Below, in pieces: positions 1 through 10,022 of a DNA stretch of 64,000 nucleotides. This DNA comes from an uncultured Methanosarcinales archaeon (GTDB lineage: Archaea; Nanobdellota; Nanobdellia; Woesearchaeales; CAXGTL01). The notes under the pieces were generated by a model. That model did not search any database, was not told the origin of the DNA, and saw only the letters and a program-made list of their open reading frames with translations. A program made the translations under genes and the position numbers. The DNA lies in assembly GCA_964535955.1 (NCBI GenBank), contig CAZHVK010000002.1:8122-72121 (forward strand), read 5' to 3'. The stretch's first letter is position 1. Each line of letters opens with the position of its first letter.

Positions 1-1
1 T

Positions 2-3000
2 ACAGGAACAAATCCAACTATAACTTATGAATATAATTCATTTGGTAATTTAATTTTACAAAAAGATCCTAATCAAAATGAAGTGGAATATGAGCACGAT
101 TCAACACATACTTATTTGATAAAAACAACAAATTCATTAGGTCATATATTAGAATATGAATATGATGATTATGGAAATCTAATCTCAACAACAGATTCAA
201 ACGAGAACAAAATAGAATATAAGTATGATGTATTTAACAGAAAAGTAAAAGAGATTTACCCATATGATTCTGAAGAGACTCCAACAATAGAGTATATCTA
301 TGAATTTGATGGAATTGCACCTGAAAAGACAATCACTAAGAAAAAAACAGACCAAGATCAAACATTAGATAGTTATTCTTATTATAGTGGTCTTGGTAAT
401 CTTATCCAATCAAAAATTGAATCTATAGATTCAAAACTAATAACAAGTGACTATTATTATGATGATTTGTTAAGATTAAATTCTAAGACAATTCCTTATT
501 ATGCAAACAATAATGAGTATACAAATCCAAATAAAGAATTGCTAACAACATATAATTATGATACATTAAATAGAATTATAAAAGTCAATAATCCTGATAA
601 TACTATTACAAAAGTAAACTATAACAAGTACATAACAACTACTTATGATGAAAATAATAATCGGCACGATTTTATAAAAGATTCTTCTGGTAATGTGATT
701 GAAGTCAAAGAATATAATGGTGAAGAAATATATCTAACAACTTATGAGTATGACATAAATAATAATCTGATAAAAATAACAGATAGTCAAGATAATGAAA
801 TAAAATATTCCTATGATACTTTAGGAAGGAAAACAACATTAGATGATCCTGACTTAGGTATATGGACATATCAATATGATAATATGGGAAATCTCATTAA
901 ACAAACAAACAATAAAAATCAGGAAATAATATTAACATATGGTCAGTTAAATAGGTTGAAGACAAAAACATCAGAAGAGACATCAGAAACATATACTTAT
1001 GATCAAGAGACAAAAGGAACATTGTCCAAAATAGAAACAAATGATATTACAAAAGAATTTGAGTATGATAATAGATTAAGACTAATAAAAGAAAAGAAAA
1101 AGATTGACAACATAGATTTCATAACAACATATGGATATGATTCTGCAGATAGAGTAACAAAGAAGACATTACCTAATAACGAAGAAATAATCTATGACTA
1201 TGATAAAGCAGGAAACTTAAAAAGTGTAAATAATGTAATCACAGATATTCAGTACAATGAAATTAATATGCCTATATCAAAGACATATAAAAATAATTTA
1301 ATAAGTCAATATGATTATGACAATGAAAATTTCAGACTGAATAGTATTAAGACAAGTGATGTACAAGATTTATCATATGAATATGATAATGTAGGAAATA
1401 TCCTAATTATACAAAATCAAATACAAAATAAAAAACAAGAATTTGAATATGATGATTTGGATAGGTTGACAAAAGCAAAAAAAACAAAACAAGATAATCA
1501 AGAAATAGATTATGAAATTACATACAATTATGATAGTATTGGTAATATGCTTAATCTGAATTCAGATGTTGGAGATTTAGAATATTTATATGAAAACCTA
1601 GCACATACACCATCTACAATAATAACAGATTCTGATGAATTCCCTTGTTTACCTAATTGGGAATGTAGTGAATGGTCTGAATGTGTTGGCAGAAAACAAT
1701 CAAGAACATGTGTTGAATTAAATGAATGTGAAAGACCAATCCCTAAACCTCGTGAACATCAATCATGTAACAATCCACCAGCCATAATTGGTCCACCAGC
1801 AGAAGAAAGGACAATGACAAAAAAAGAAACTGATTTAATCACCCTTAATGTAAATGCAGTTGATGAAGAAGAATTAACATATTCAATAAATGATGAAAAT
1901 TTTGTTCAGGATAATGTTGAAAAGAGCAAGTTCACATGGCAAACAGATTATAATGATGCAGGAACTTATTATCCTATAATTACGGTAAGTGATGGGTTAG
2001 ATACTGTAGATGTGAGTTTTAGATTAACTATAGAAAACCTAAATGCTGCACCAACTATTGAACCCATTAAAGATATGACAGTAAATGAAGGAGAAAAAGC
2101 AGAAGTAATAATAAATGCTGAAGACATTGACAATGATGAACTAACATATTCTATTGATGATGATAGATTTATTCAAAGTAATGGACAAGATAGTGGATTC
2201 TTAATCACAGATGACTTTTCAGACAATGATTACACAAACAACCCAGCATGGGAATTTATGTATAGTGGTGATGATCAAATAGGTGGATCACAAGCTGAGA
2301 TAAAAGATGGCAAAATTAAGATAACATCTAGAAGAACAGACGCAGCTTTTTTAACAATAGGTGAATTTGATTGGTCTGATTATTCTATACAAGCAGATAT
2401 CAAGTTCTCAAATATAAAAGATTATGGAGGCTTAGTTGCAGGAATAGGAGAACCTGATGAAAACGGAAAATTTACTAAAAATGCATACCTAATTTTAAAT
2501 GGGCAAGATGAATCCTTTGAACTTTCTTATAGAGATGTGGCAAATTCTATCCTTGTAAAAGATAGAGCTATTCAAACTATTTCTGAAGATATTGCTTACA
2601 CATTAAAACTTGAATTAAAAGATTTTGAAATAATTGGTTATATTAATGGAGAAGAAAAATTATCAATAGATGTTCCAACAATTGTTCAAGGTAAAGCAGG
2701 ATTAGTCGTGTCCTCAGGTCATCCATCTACAATTGAGTTTGATAATGTTTATATTAAAAGTAAAACTAATAACAACAATATTTTCACATGGCAAACAACA
2801 TATGAAGATGGAGGAATATATGATATTATAGCAACAGTAAGTGATGGAACAGAACAAAGCACAAACTCATTCTTACTTACAATCAATAATATCAATGATG
2901 CTCCAATAGTAGAAAACATAGAACCAATGACAATAGATGAAACAGATACAGCAGAATTAATAATAAATGCACAAGACCCAGATAATGATAAATTAACATA

Positions 3001-5461
3001 CTCAGTAACAATAACAAGGTCCACAATAGTAGCACCTAAATCAGACATTTTTATACAAGATCCTAATCAAGAAAATAAGTTTACATGGAAAACAAATTAT
3101 GAAGACATGGGAACATACTATGTTTATGTTAATGTAGATGATGGTAAATCAAAAACAAGCAAAGATTTCTCACTTACTGTAAATGATATAAATGCACCAC
3201 CAACAATTGAACCAATAGAAGATATAACAGTTGATGAAAATGAACTTGTAACAATAACAATAAATGCAAATGATATTGATGAAGATACTATGACATATTC
3301 TGTTAATAATGACAACTTTGTGAAAACAGAACAATCAAATGTGTTTGAATGGCAGACAAATCATGAAGATGAAGGGACATATAATATAATTGTAACTGTT
3401 AGCGACGGAACAGAGGATATAACAGAAGACTTAACAATAACAATTGAAAACTGTAAAGAAGAATGGTCATGCACAGATTGGACAGAATGCACAGACAGTT
3501 CACAAACAAGAATATGTATTGATAATAGTAAATGCGAATCAGAAGAAGATAAACCACAAGAACAACAACAATGCGAAATGCCATGCATAGAGGACTGGTC
3601 ATGCAATGAATGGTCTGACTGCACAGACAGTTCACAAACAAGAACATGCACAGACAATAACCAATGTGAAACAACAGAAGATAAACCAACAACACAACAA
3701 GAATGTGAAATGCCATGCATAGAAGATTGGATACCTGGTGGATGGTCAGAATGTATAGATGGAATACAAACTTTATCTTATGTAGATTTCAATCAGTGTG
3801 GCACAGAAAATAACAAACCAACAAATGAAAGAGAATGTGAAACAAACAATCCACCAATCCTAGAATCAATTGGTAACAAACAAATAGATGAACTAAAAGT
3901 CTTAGACATATGGGTAGAAGCAAGTGATGAAGACAAAGATGATGAACTAATACTAACACATGATTTCCCTAAATTAACAATCGCAGAGAACTACAACTCT
4001 GGCTCAGAAATAAGAACAAAATATAGATGGCAACCACAATCAGATGATGCAGGCACATACAATGTATTATTCAAAGTAGAAGATTCAAAAGGAGCACAAG
4101 ATCAAGAACAAATAAAAATCATAGTCAATGACATACAAGAAAACACAGCACCATACATTTCACCTAAAATAGATGATATACAAAAAGACATGAATTCAGA
4201 ACCATGGACACTGGATTTAACAGACTATGAAAATGATGCACAAGACACAAACAGAAAACTTAGGTGGAAAGTAAGAGGTGGAAACAAAAACCTTATACAC
4301 ATGTCATTAAACACAAACACTGATGAATTAAAATTCTATCCAATCGAAGACCAATATGGTGAAACAATTATAAAACTAACATTAAGGGATTCAAGTGGTA
4401 AAACAGATACACAAGATGTAAAAATAATGATTAATCAAGTTGAGAATGGACCAGACTATAAATTAAAGATAGGTGCAAAAGATGAGTATTTTGAAAACTT
4501 AATTAATTCAGTGATTAAGTTTGGTAAAAAGACAAAACATGCTAATCCTTATGCATTGTTTAAGATGAGATTTAATGAACCAATTCCTGTAGAAATTAAA
4601 GCAAAAGATTATACAACTAAAGAGATAGATTATTCTTTTAATGAACGAGTTCCAGGATGTAGTGGTACATGTGTCTATAACAATAAAGGATTTAATACAA
4701 GATGCACCAAAGGAAGATCTTATACAGAATGTATATCTACAAAAGATGATACCCAATTTAGTTATGTTTATTTCCCTACAACAAAAGAATTCGTAGTAGA
4801 AGAAAAACTAGATAATTGTTATGTAGCATGCAGATCAGATTCTAATTGCAATGACAACAAACCAAACACAAAAGATTATTGCATAAACCAAGGCACATGC
4901 AATGCAGAGTGTCAGAATGAACCATGCAATGTAAGGTGTGAAAAAGATTCTGATTGTGGTAATAATGCTGTATGTTTCTTACCAAAAACATGTAATTCAT
5001 ATTGTGAAGAAAAATTTTATATTTGCAACATGGAATGCAGAAAAAACTCAGATTGTAATGACAACAAACCAGAAACATACGACATCTGTAGAAATGCAAG
5101 AACATGCAATGCAAAATGTGAATACATAACAAAACCAGAACTAAAACCAGAACTAGAGATAACAAGATTCAGTGTAAAAAGATATCTAAACAACATCGCA
5201 GTAGTCGAATTCAAGATAAAAAACACAGGTGACACAACAGCGCAAGATATTCACTGGCAACTTAACACAGGTGGTGGAATATCTGATCCACAGAGCACAG
5301 AATCACTAACACTAAGACCAGACCAATCAGCAACAATATATTCAACAGGCAATTACCAAAACTCTGGATCATACACAATGGTCTTAACAATTGACCCAAA
5401 CAACTTAGTCAAAGAACAAGATGAGAGCAATAATATTAGAGAATTGGGTGTTAGTATTTGA
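2..5461 (+). CDS. Giant YD-repeat surface protein (5'-partial): YD repeats + Cys/Trp TSP1-like repeats + cadherin/Ig-like repeats + lectin-like insert + Cys-rich repeats + C-terminal CARDB-like domain
   Basis: Frame is open from position 2 (TGTNPTITYEYNSFGNL...), so the true start lies upstream of the window. YD motifs (YDTLGR, YDNMGNL, YDDLDRL), NxxPxIxPIxDxTVxE repeats, CxxxWxCxxWxxC repeats, C-terminal VEFKIKNTG...IDPNNLVKEQDESNN. Confidence 0.85.
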   Translation, partial: TGTNPTITYEYNSFGNLILQKDPNQNEVEYEHDSTHTYLIKTTNSLGHILEYEYDDYGNLISTTDSNENKIEYKYDVFNRKVKEIYPYDSEETPTIEYIYEFDGIAPEKTITKKKTDQDQTLDSYSYYSGLGNLIQSKIESIDSKLITSDYYYDDLLRLNSKTIPYYANNNEYTNPNKELLTTYNYDTLNRIIKVNNPDNTITKVNYNKYITTTYDENNNRHDFIKDSSGNVIEVKEYNGEEIYLTTYEYDINNNLIKITDSQDNEIKYSYDTLGRKTTLDDPDLGIWTYQYDNMGNLIKQTNNKNQEIILTYGQLNRLKTKTSEETSETYTYDQETKGTLSKIETNDITKEFEYDNRLRLIKEKKKIDNIDFITTYGYDSADRVTKKTLPNNEEIIYDYDKAGNLKSVNNVITDIQYNEINMPISKTYKNNLISQYDYDNENFRLNSIKTSDVQDLSYEYDNVGNILIIQNQIQNKKQEFEYDDLDRLTKAKKTKQDNQEIDYEITYNYDSIGNMLNLNSDVGDLEYLYENLAHTPSTIITDSDEFPCLPNWECSEWSECVGRKQSRTCVELNECERPIPKPREHQSCNNPPAIIGPPAEERTMTKKETDLITLNVNAVDEEELTYSINDENFVQDNVEKSKFTWQTDYNDAGTYYPIITVSDGLDTVDVSFRLTIENLNAAPTIEPIKDMTVNEGEKAEVIINAEDIDNDELTYSIDDDRFIQSNGQDSGFLITDDFSDNDYTNNPAWEFMYSGDDQIGGSQAEIKDGKIKITSRRTDAAFLTIGEFDWSDYSIQADIKFSNIKDYGGLVAGIGEPDENGKFTKNAYLILNGQDESFELSYRDVANSILVKDRAIQTISEDIAYTLKLELKDFEIIGYINGEEKLSIDVPTIVQGKAGLVVSSGHPSTIEFDNVYIKSKTNNNNIFTWQTTYEDGGIYDIIATVSDGTEQSTNSFLLTINNINDAPIVENIEPMTIDETDTAELIINAQDPDNDKLTYSVTITRSTIVAPKSDIFIQDPNQENKFTWKTNYEDMGTYYVYVNVDDGKSKTSKDFSLTVNDINAPPTIEPIEDITVDENELVTITINANDIDEDTMTYSVNNDNFVKTEQSNVFEWQTNHEDEGTYNIIVTVSDGTEDITEDLTITIENCKEEWSCTDWTECTDSSQTRICIDNSKCESEEDKPQEQQQCEMPCIEDWSCNEWSDCTDSSQTRTCTDNNQCETTEDKPTTQQECEMPCIEDWIPGGWSECIDGIQTLSYVDFNQCGTENNKPTNERECETNNPPILESIGNKQIDELKVLDIWVEASDEDKDDELILTHDFPKLTIAENYNSGSEIRTKYRWQPQSDDAGTYNVLFKVEDSKGAQDQEQIKIIVNDIQENTAPYISPKIDDIQKDMNSEPWTLDLTDYENDAQDTNRKLRWKVRGGNKNLIHMSLNTNTDELKFYPIEDQYGETIIKLTLRDSSGKTDTQDVKIMINQVENGPDYKLKIGAKDEYFENLINSVIKFGKKTKHANPYALFKMRFNEPIPVEIKAKDYTTKEIDYSFNERVPGCSGTCVYNNKGFNTRCTKGRSYTECISTKDDTQFSYVYFPTTKEFVVEEKLDNCYVACRSDSNCNDNKPNTKDYCINQGTCNAECQNEPCNVRCEKDSDCGNNAVCFLPKTCNSYCEEKFYICNMECRKNSDCNDNKPETYDICRNARTCNAKCEYITKPELKPELEITRFSVKRYLNNIAVVEFKIKNTGDTTAQDIHWQLNTGGGISDPQSTESLTLRPDQSATIYSTGNYQNSGSYTMVLTIDPNNLVKEQDESNNIRELGVSI
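3452..3838 (+). repeat. Three tandem ~132-bp (44-aa) Cys/Trp repeats inside the YD protein
   Basis: Units start at TGT/TGC 3452, 3584 and 3716: CKEEWSCTDWTEC..., CIEDWSCNEWSDC..., CIEDWIPGGWSEC... Confidence 0.9.
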
Positions 5462-5655
5462 TTATAGAGATTAATAAAAAGATATTAAAGTGGTTAAAAT
5501 CATCAAAAAAAAACAAATCCAATTACTAACAATATTTCTTATTCTACTCATCTTAGATATACATCTTTCATCTAAACAATGCACAAATAAAGATTCTATT
5601 AATTTTGAATAGATAATGATAGTAATAAATTCAATGAAAATAGTTTACCATAAAA

Positions 5656-8600
5656 ATGAAATACATTAACCAAATCAAAACAATAATAATAATTTTCTTA
5701 GTTTTAATTAGTTTATCAAATTTTATACATGCAGGGATCTATAGTCAAGATGTTAATAGCCCAACACCCATGGCTGCTTTACCTTTATCAGGAAAACTAG
5801 ACGTTAATCCAAACACAGGAGCAGCATCATATTCATACCCTGTAGAAGTACCTAAAGGGGTGAATGGTTTACAACCGATTGTAAGTATTAATTATAACAG
5901 CCATACTGCTAAATCGCCAACAGGAATAATAAGCAGTGCATGGACATTAACTGAAAACTATATTGAAAGAAATCTTGAAACAAAGAGAGGGTTTACAAGG
6001 TTTGACAATTTTGTTTTATCTCTTAATGGTCAACAACATGAATTAGTATATGATGAGTCAGATGATAGGTATCACACAAATATTGAAACATTCATTCATA
6101 TAAGAAAATTACAAGGTGGAGAAAATGAAAACAAAGAATATTGGGAAATCAAAACAAAAGATGGAACAACATACAGGTTTGGTTATAATGAAGATTCTGA
6201 ATTAATACCTTATAGCAACACAATGAGATGGAGTTTAGATCTTATAACAGATACACATGATAACAAGATATATTACTCATATTATGAATTAGTTAATGAA
6301 AGTATGCCATCATTTATTGAACAACCAATTTTTATACAACCAAAACAAAGGTTTGATGGAATACCTTATCCAAAAAGCATAGAATATAATAATGATAAAA
6401 CACATTCAATAGAATTTGTATACCAAAGAAAAACACATGGCAAAATACAATCATACCATAAAGGATGGAAAACAGAAATATCAAAACAATTAAAAGAAAT
6501 AAATATTAAAACAAATAATAAAATAATGGGCAAATACAGGATCCAGTATACACCATCATTAGGTAATTCAAATTATATCTCAGCAATAAATGATTTTGGA
6601 AAAATAGAAATACAACTAAATAAAGAAGAAATTAAAGCTTTAGATGAATTATTTGATAAATATCCTGAAAAGAAAATAAAAATTATTAATGATCAAGAAT
6701 ACAGAAAAAGATTATTAAATAAAAACCCAGAAATGAAAAATATTGTCCAACTACTAATGCAAATAAGAAAAGTAGATTTTAAATACAGAGTTGTTAAGTA
6801 TGAAGATGGAGAAGAAGAAGAAATTGAGGAAAATATTACAGCAGAAGAAGATAATATTTTTGAAATTATGCAAAATAAGGATTTTACGCAATTCATAGGT
6901 AAAAAAGAAAACACAATTAATGAAAAAAAATCAAATGCTGGATGGGAAAAATTAATATTTGTAGATAAAAATGGTAAAGATCTTGGAGCTCGTTTAGCAG
7001 ACATAAATGGTGATGGATATATTGATTATGTAAGAAAAGATAATACACTATTATTAATTGAAGAAAGTGGTTGGGTTGGAACAACTGGATGGAAATTGCC
7101 TAAAGAGGCAGTGTTTGTTGATAAAAATGGTAAAGACAAAGGAACAAGATTAATCGATCTAAATGGAGATGGTTTTGCAGACTTAGTAAAAAGTAGAATT
7201 TATGGTGAAGATAATTATGAGCAAAAAACATGGTTAAACACAGGAACAAGCTGGATAAAATCAGACAATTTTAAAGTACCAAAAGAAGCAGCATTTATAA
7301 GAAATTACAAAGATTATGGAGTTAGGCTTTCAGATGTTAATGCAGATGGCTTACCAGATATATTAATAAGCAGAGAACTACATAATAACAAATATTATTC
7401 TAAAACTTATATTAACAAAGGTTCTTGGTGGACAGAATCAAATAATTATAATGTTCCTAAAGCTGCTGCCTTTGTTGACTCTGAACACAGAGATAGAGGG
7501 GTTCGTTTAGGAGATATGAATGGTGATGGATTAACAGACATTGTAAGAGCAGGAGACTGTGACTCATCTTGGTGTAGAGGAGTATGGCTTAATACTCATG
7601 GAGGATTTAAAAAAATAGATTACTTAGAAGTACCAGATGAAATAAGTTTTTATGATGAAGAAGAGACATTCATAATAGTAGAAAATGAAAAAGGAAAAAA
7701 ATATCCTGTTAGTGCAGGAGACATACATAAAGATAATGGTATTAGATTAGTTGACATAAATGGCAATGGTTTTTCAGACATTATAAAAGGACAAGATTGC
7801 GACCATAAAAGATGTCAGGGTATTTGGTTTAACTCAGGAAGAACATGGGGTACAATTAAAGGAAATTACTTTTTAAAAGGAATTGTATTTGTCAACAAAG
7901 AAGGTGAAAACAAAGGAGCAAGATTAGCAGATTTTAGTGCTGATAATTATATTGACGCGGTTGTGGGAAGAGCATGTGATTATAAAGGATGCAAAGATCA
8001 CAGAGCATCAATGCCATATCCTATTTATCAATTAAAACTAATAAAAAATCAAAATGGTGGTACAACAACAATTGACTATGAAAGGTCTGTAAAATATGAT
8101 AATACAGGAGATGATTTAATAAATGATCTCCCAAACACTATGTGGGTTGTAAAATCAATTGAACATCACAATGGATTAATGAATGATAAAGAAGTAAAAA
8201 CAAAAACAGAATATTCTTACAAAGATGGATTTTATGATCATATAGAAAGAGAATTCAGAGGCTTTGGCTATGTAGAAACAACAAACTCTGATGGTAGCAA
8301 AGTTAAACACCATTACCACCAAGATAAAGCTAAAAAGGGGTTAGAATATAAAATAGAAATAACAGATAAAGATAACAAAACTCATACGACAACAGAAAAT
8401 ACATTTAGTTCTATAGAAAAAGATGATTATTTTATTGTTAAATTAGATTCAAGTAAAAACTATTTATATGATGGAACCATTGAAAACCCAATAATAACAC
8501 AAACAAATATTGAGTATGATGAATATAATAATATGATAAAAACTTCTTCATTAGGCGATGTTTCAAAACAAGGAGATGAGAAATATTCATATACTGAATA

Positions 8601-10008
8601 TTCTTATGATACTGATAAATGGATTTTAAACACTCCGACAAAGACTTACTTAAAAAATTCAGAAGACTCAACAAAAGTTTCTGAATCTTATTTTGAATAT
8701 AATAATTACGGAGACTTGATCAAATCAGAATCATGGCTAAATACTGGAGAAAACCCAACAACAACTTATGATTATGATTCTTATGGTAATTTAATATCAG
8801 AAATTGATTCAAGAGGATATGAGACAAAGTATGAATATGATTCAACACACATTTTCCCAATTAAAATAATAAATGTACTAGGTCAGGAAAAAATATATGA
8901 ATATGAACATGGAACAGGCAACCTATTATCAACAACAGACCCAAATGGATATAAAACAGAATACAAGTATGATGAACATGGAAGAACAATAAAAGAAATT
9001 CTTCCTTATGATTCTAAAGAATCACCAACAATAGAATACATTTATGATTTTGATGGTATTGCTCCCGGGATCAAGATAACAAAAATAAAAGATGATAAAA
9101 ATAAATATAGAACATTTTATGAAGTTTTTGACGGCCTTGGTAATAAAATAAGAGATATTAAAGAAATAAACAACACAAACATAAAGTATGTGGTTATACA
9201 AAATCATTATGATTCAAATGGAAGATTAGAATCAGTTACAAATCCTATAATTATGAATGATTTAATTATCCCTGGGATAGGAAAAGCAAATCCAGAACTT
9301 GACATGCAAAAATGCGTAATGACTGAATGTAATTTTTATTGTTTTCAAAATAGTGAAGAAAAGGAAGAAAAAGAAAAATGCATACAAGAGAAATGTGAGG
9401 GAAATAGAAATTTACAAGTATGCAATCATTTTCATTATATTGCTAAAGAAGAAAAAGATGGTATTGGGAAAAACAGATATTATTCATTAACAGACGCACA
9501 AGAAAAGGAAATTGATTTCACAACAATAATATACAATGATATATATGGTGAAGATTTAACCAAAATGGCAAAAATAAGAGCACATAAATGGGGAACAAAT
9601 GAATATGAATTAATAAGTTCTGAGAAAACATATTTGCCTTCAGAGGAAAGATATGAAAAAGGAGGTCATCATATAATCAATAAATTAAATAAAGAACATT
9701 TTACAAAAAGATATTTTCAGACATTGATTAAATTAAACATGTTATTTTTAATGAATGACATTGAAGTTAAATTTAGATATAGTGATTATTTATTAAAAGA
9801 CTTGTCTTCAAAACCAAAGACAACTTATGTTTATGATGCTTATGGAAGGAACATAAAAACAATAAAACCAGATGGAACTGAAACAAGAACAATATATAAC
9901 AGGGATACAACCTCTATCTATGATGAAAATGATCATAGAACAGATTATATTAAAGATGTTTATGGAAATATAATTGAAGTTAAAGAATATAATAATAATG
10001 AAATATAA
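5656..10008 (+). CDS. Secreted SpvB/TcB-like protein with FG-GAP repeats and partial YD shell (C-terminally truncated paralog of the upstream gene)
   Basis: Signal peptide MKYINQIKTIIIIFLVLISLSNFIHA; SpvB-like TGAASYSYPVEVPKGVNGLQP; six DxNGDGxxD-type motifs; FRGFGYVETT (TcdB mid-type); YD repeats alignable with the upstream ORF. Confidence 0.85.
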   Translation: MKYINQIKTIIIIFLVLISLSNFIHAGIYSQDVNSPTPMAALPLSGKLDVNPNTGAASYSYPVEVPKGVNGLQPIVSINYNSHTAKSPTGIISSAWTLTENYIERNLETKRGFTRFDNFVLSLNGQQHELVYDESDDRYHTNIETFIHIRKLQGGENENKEYWEIKTKDGTTYRFGYNEDSELIPYSNTMRWSLDLITDTHDNKIYYSYYELVNESMPSFIEQPIFIQPKQRFDGIPYPKSIEYNNDKTHSIEFVYQRKTHGKIQSYHKGWKTEISKQLKEINIKTNNKIMGKYRIQYTPSLGNSNYISAINDFGKIEIQLNKEEIKALDELFDKYPEKKIKIINDQEYRKRLLNKNPEMKNIVQLLMQIRKVDFKYRVVKYEDGEEEEIEENITAEEDNIFEIMQNKDFTQFIGKKENTINEKKSNAGWEKLIFVDKNGKDLGARLADINGDGYIDYVRKDNTLLLIEESGWVGTTGWKLPKEAVFVDKNGKDKGTRLIDLNGDGFADLVKSRIYGEDNYEQKTWLNTGTSWIKSDNFKVPKEAAFIRNYKDYGVRLSDVNADGLPDILISRELHNNKYYSKTYINKGSWWTESNNYNVPKAAAFVDSEHRDRGVRLGDMNGDGLTDIVRAGDCDSSWCRGVWLNTHGGFKKIDYLEVPDEISFYDEEETFIIVENEKGKKYPVSAGDIHKDNGIRLVDINGNGFSDIIKGQDCDHKRCQGIWFNSGRTWGTIKGNYFLKGIVFVNKEGENKGARLADFSADNYIDAVVGRACDYKGCKDHRASMPYPIYQLKLIKNQNGGTTTIDYERSVKYDNTGDDLINDLPNTMWVVKSIEHHNGLMNDKEVKTKTEYSYKDGFYDHIEREFRGFGYVETTNSDGSKVKHHYHQDKAKKGLEYKIEITDKDNKTHTTTENTFSSIEKDDYFIVKLDSSKNYLYDGTIENPIITQTNIEYDEYNNMIKTSSLGDVSKQGDEKYSYTEYSYDTDKWILNTPTKTYLKNSEDSTKVSESYFEYNNYGDLIKSESWLNTGENPTTTYDYDSYGNLISEIDSRGYETKYEYDSTHIFPIKIINVLGQEKIYEYEHGTGNLLSTTDPNGYKTEYKYDEHGRTIKEILPYDSKESPTIEYIYDFDGIAPGIKITKIKDDKNKYRTFYEVFDGLGNKIRDIKEINNTNIKYVVIQNHYDSNGRLESVTNPIIMNDLIIPGIGKANPELDMQKCVMTECNFYCFQNSEEKEEKEKCIQEKCEGNRNLQVCNHFHYIAKEEKDGIGKNRYYSLTDAQEKEIDFTTIIYNDIYGEDLTKMAKIRAHKWGTNEYELISSEKTYLPSEERYEKGGHHIINKLNKEHFTKRYFQTLIKLNMLFLMNDIEVKFRYSDYLLKDLSSKPKTTYVYDAYGRNIKTIKPDGTETRTIYNRDTTSIYDENDHRTDYIKDVYGNIIEVKEYNNNEI

Positions 10009-10022
10009 AGAGCAACTACTGA

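Noticed and set aside
2749-5235. Short antisense and off-frame ORFs within the YD gene (similar shadows over cdc48, smc, pcn, HerA and others)
   Set aside because: Shadow ORFs produced by the strong A-rich codon bias of the real genes.
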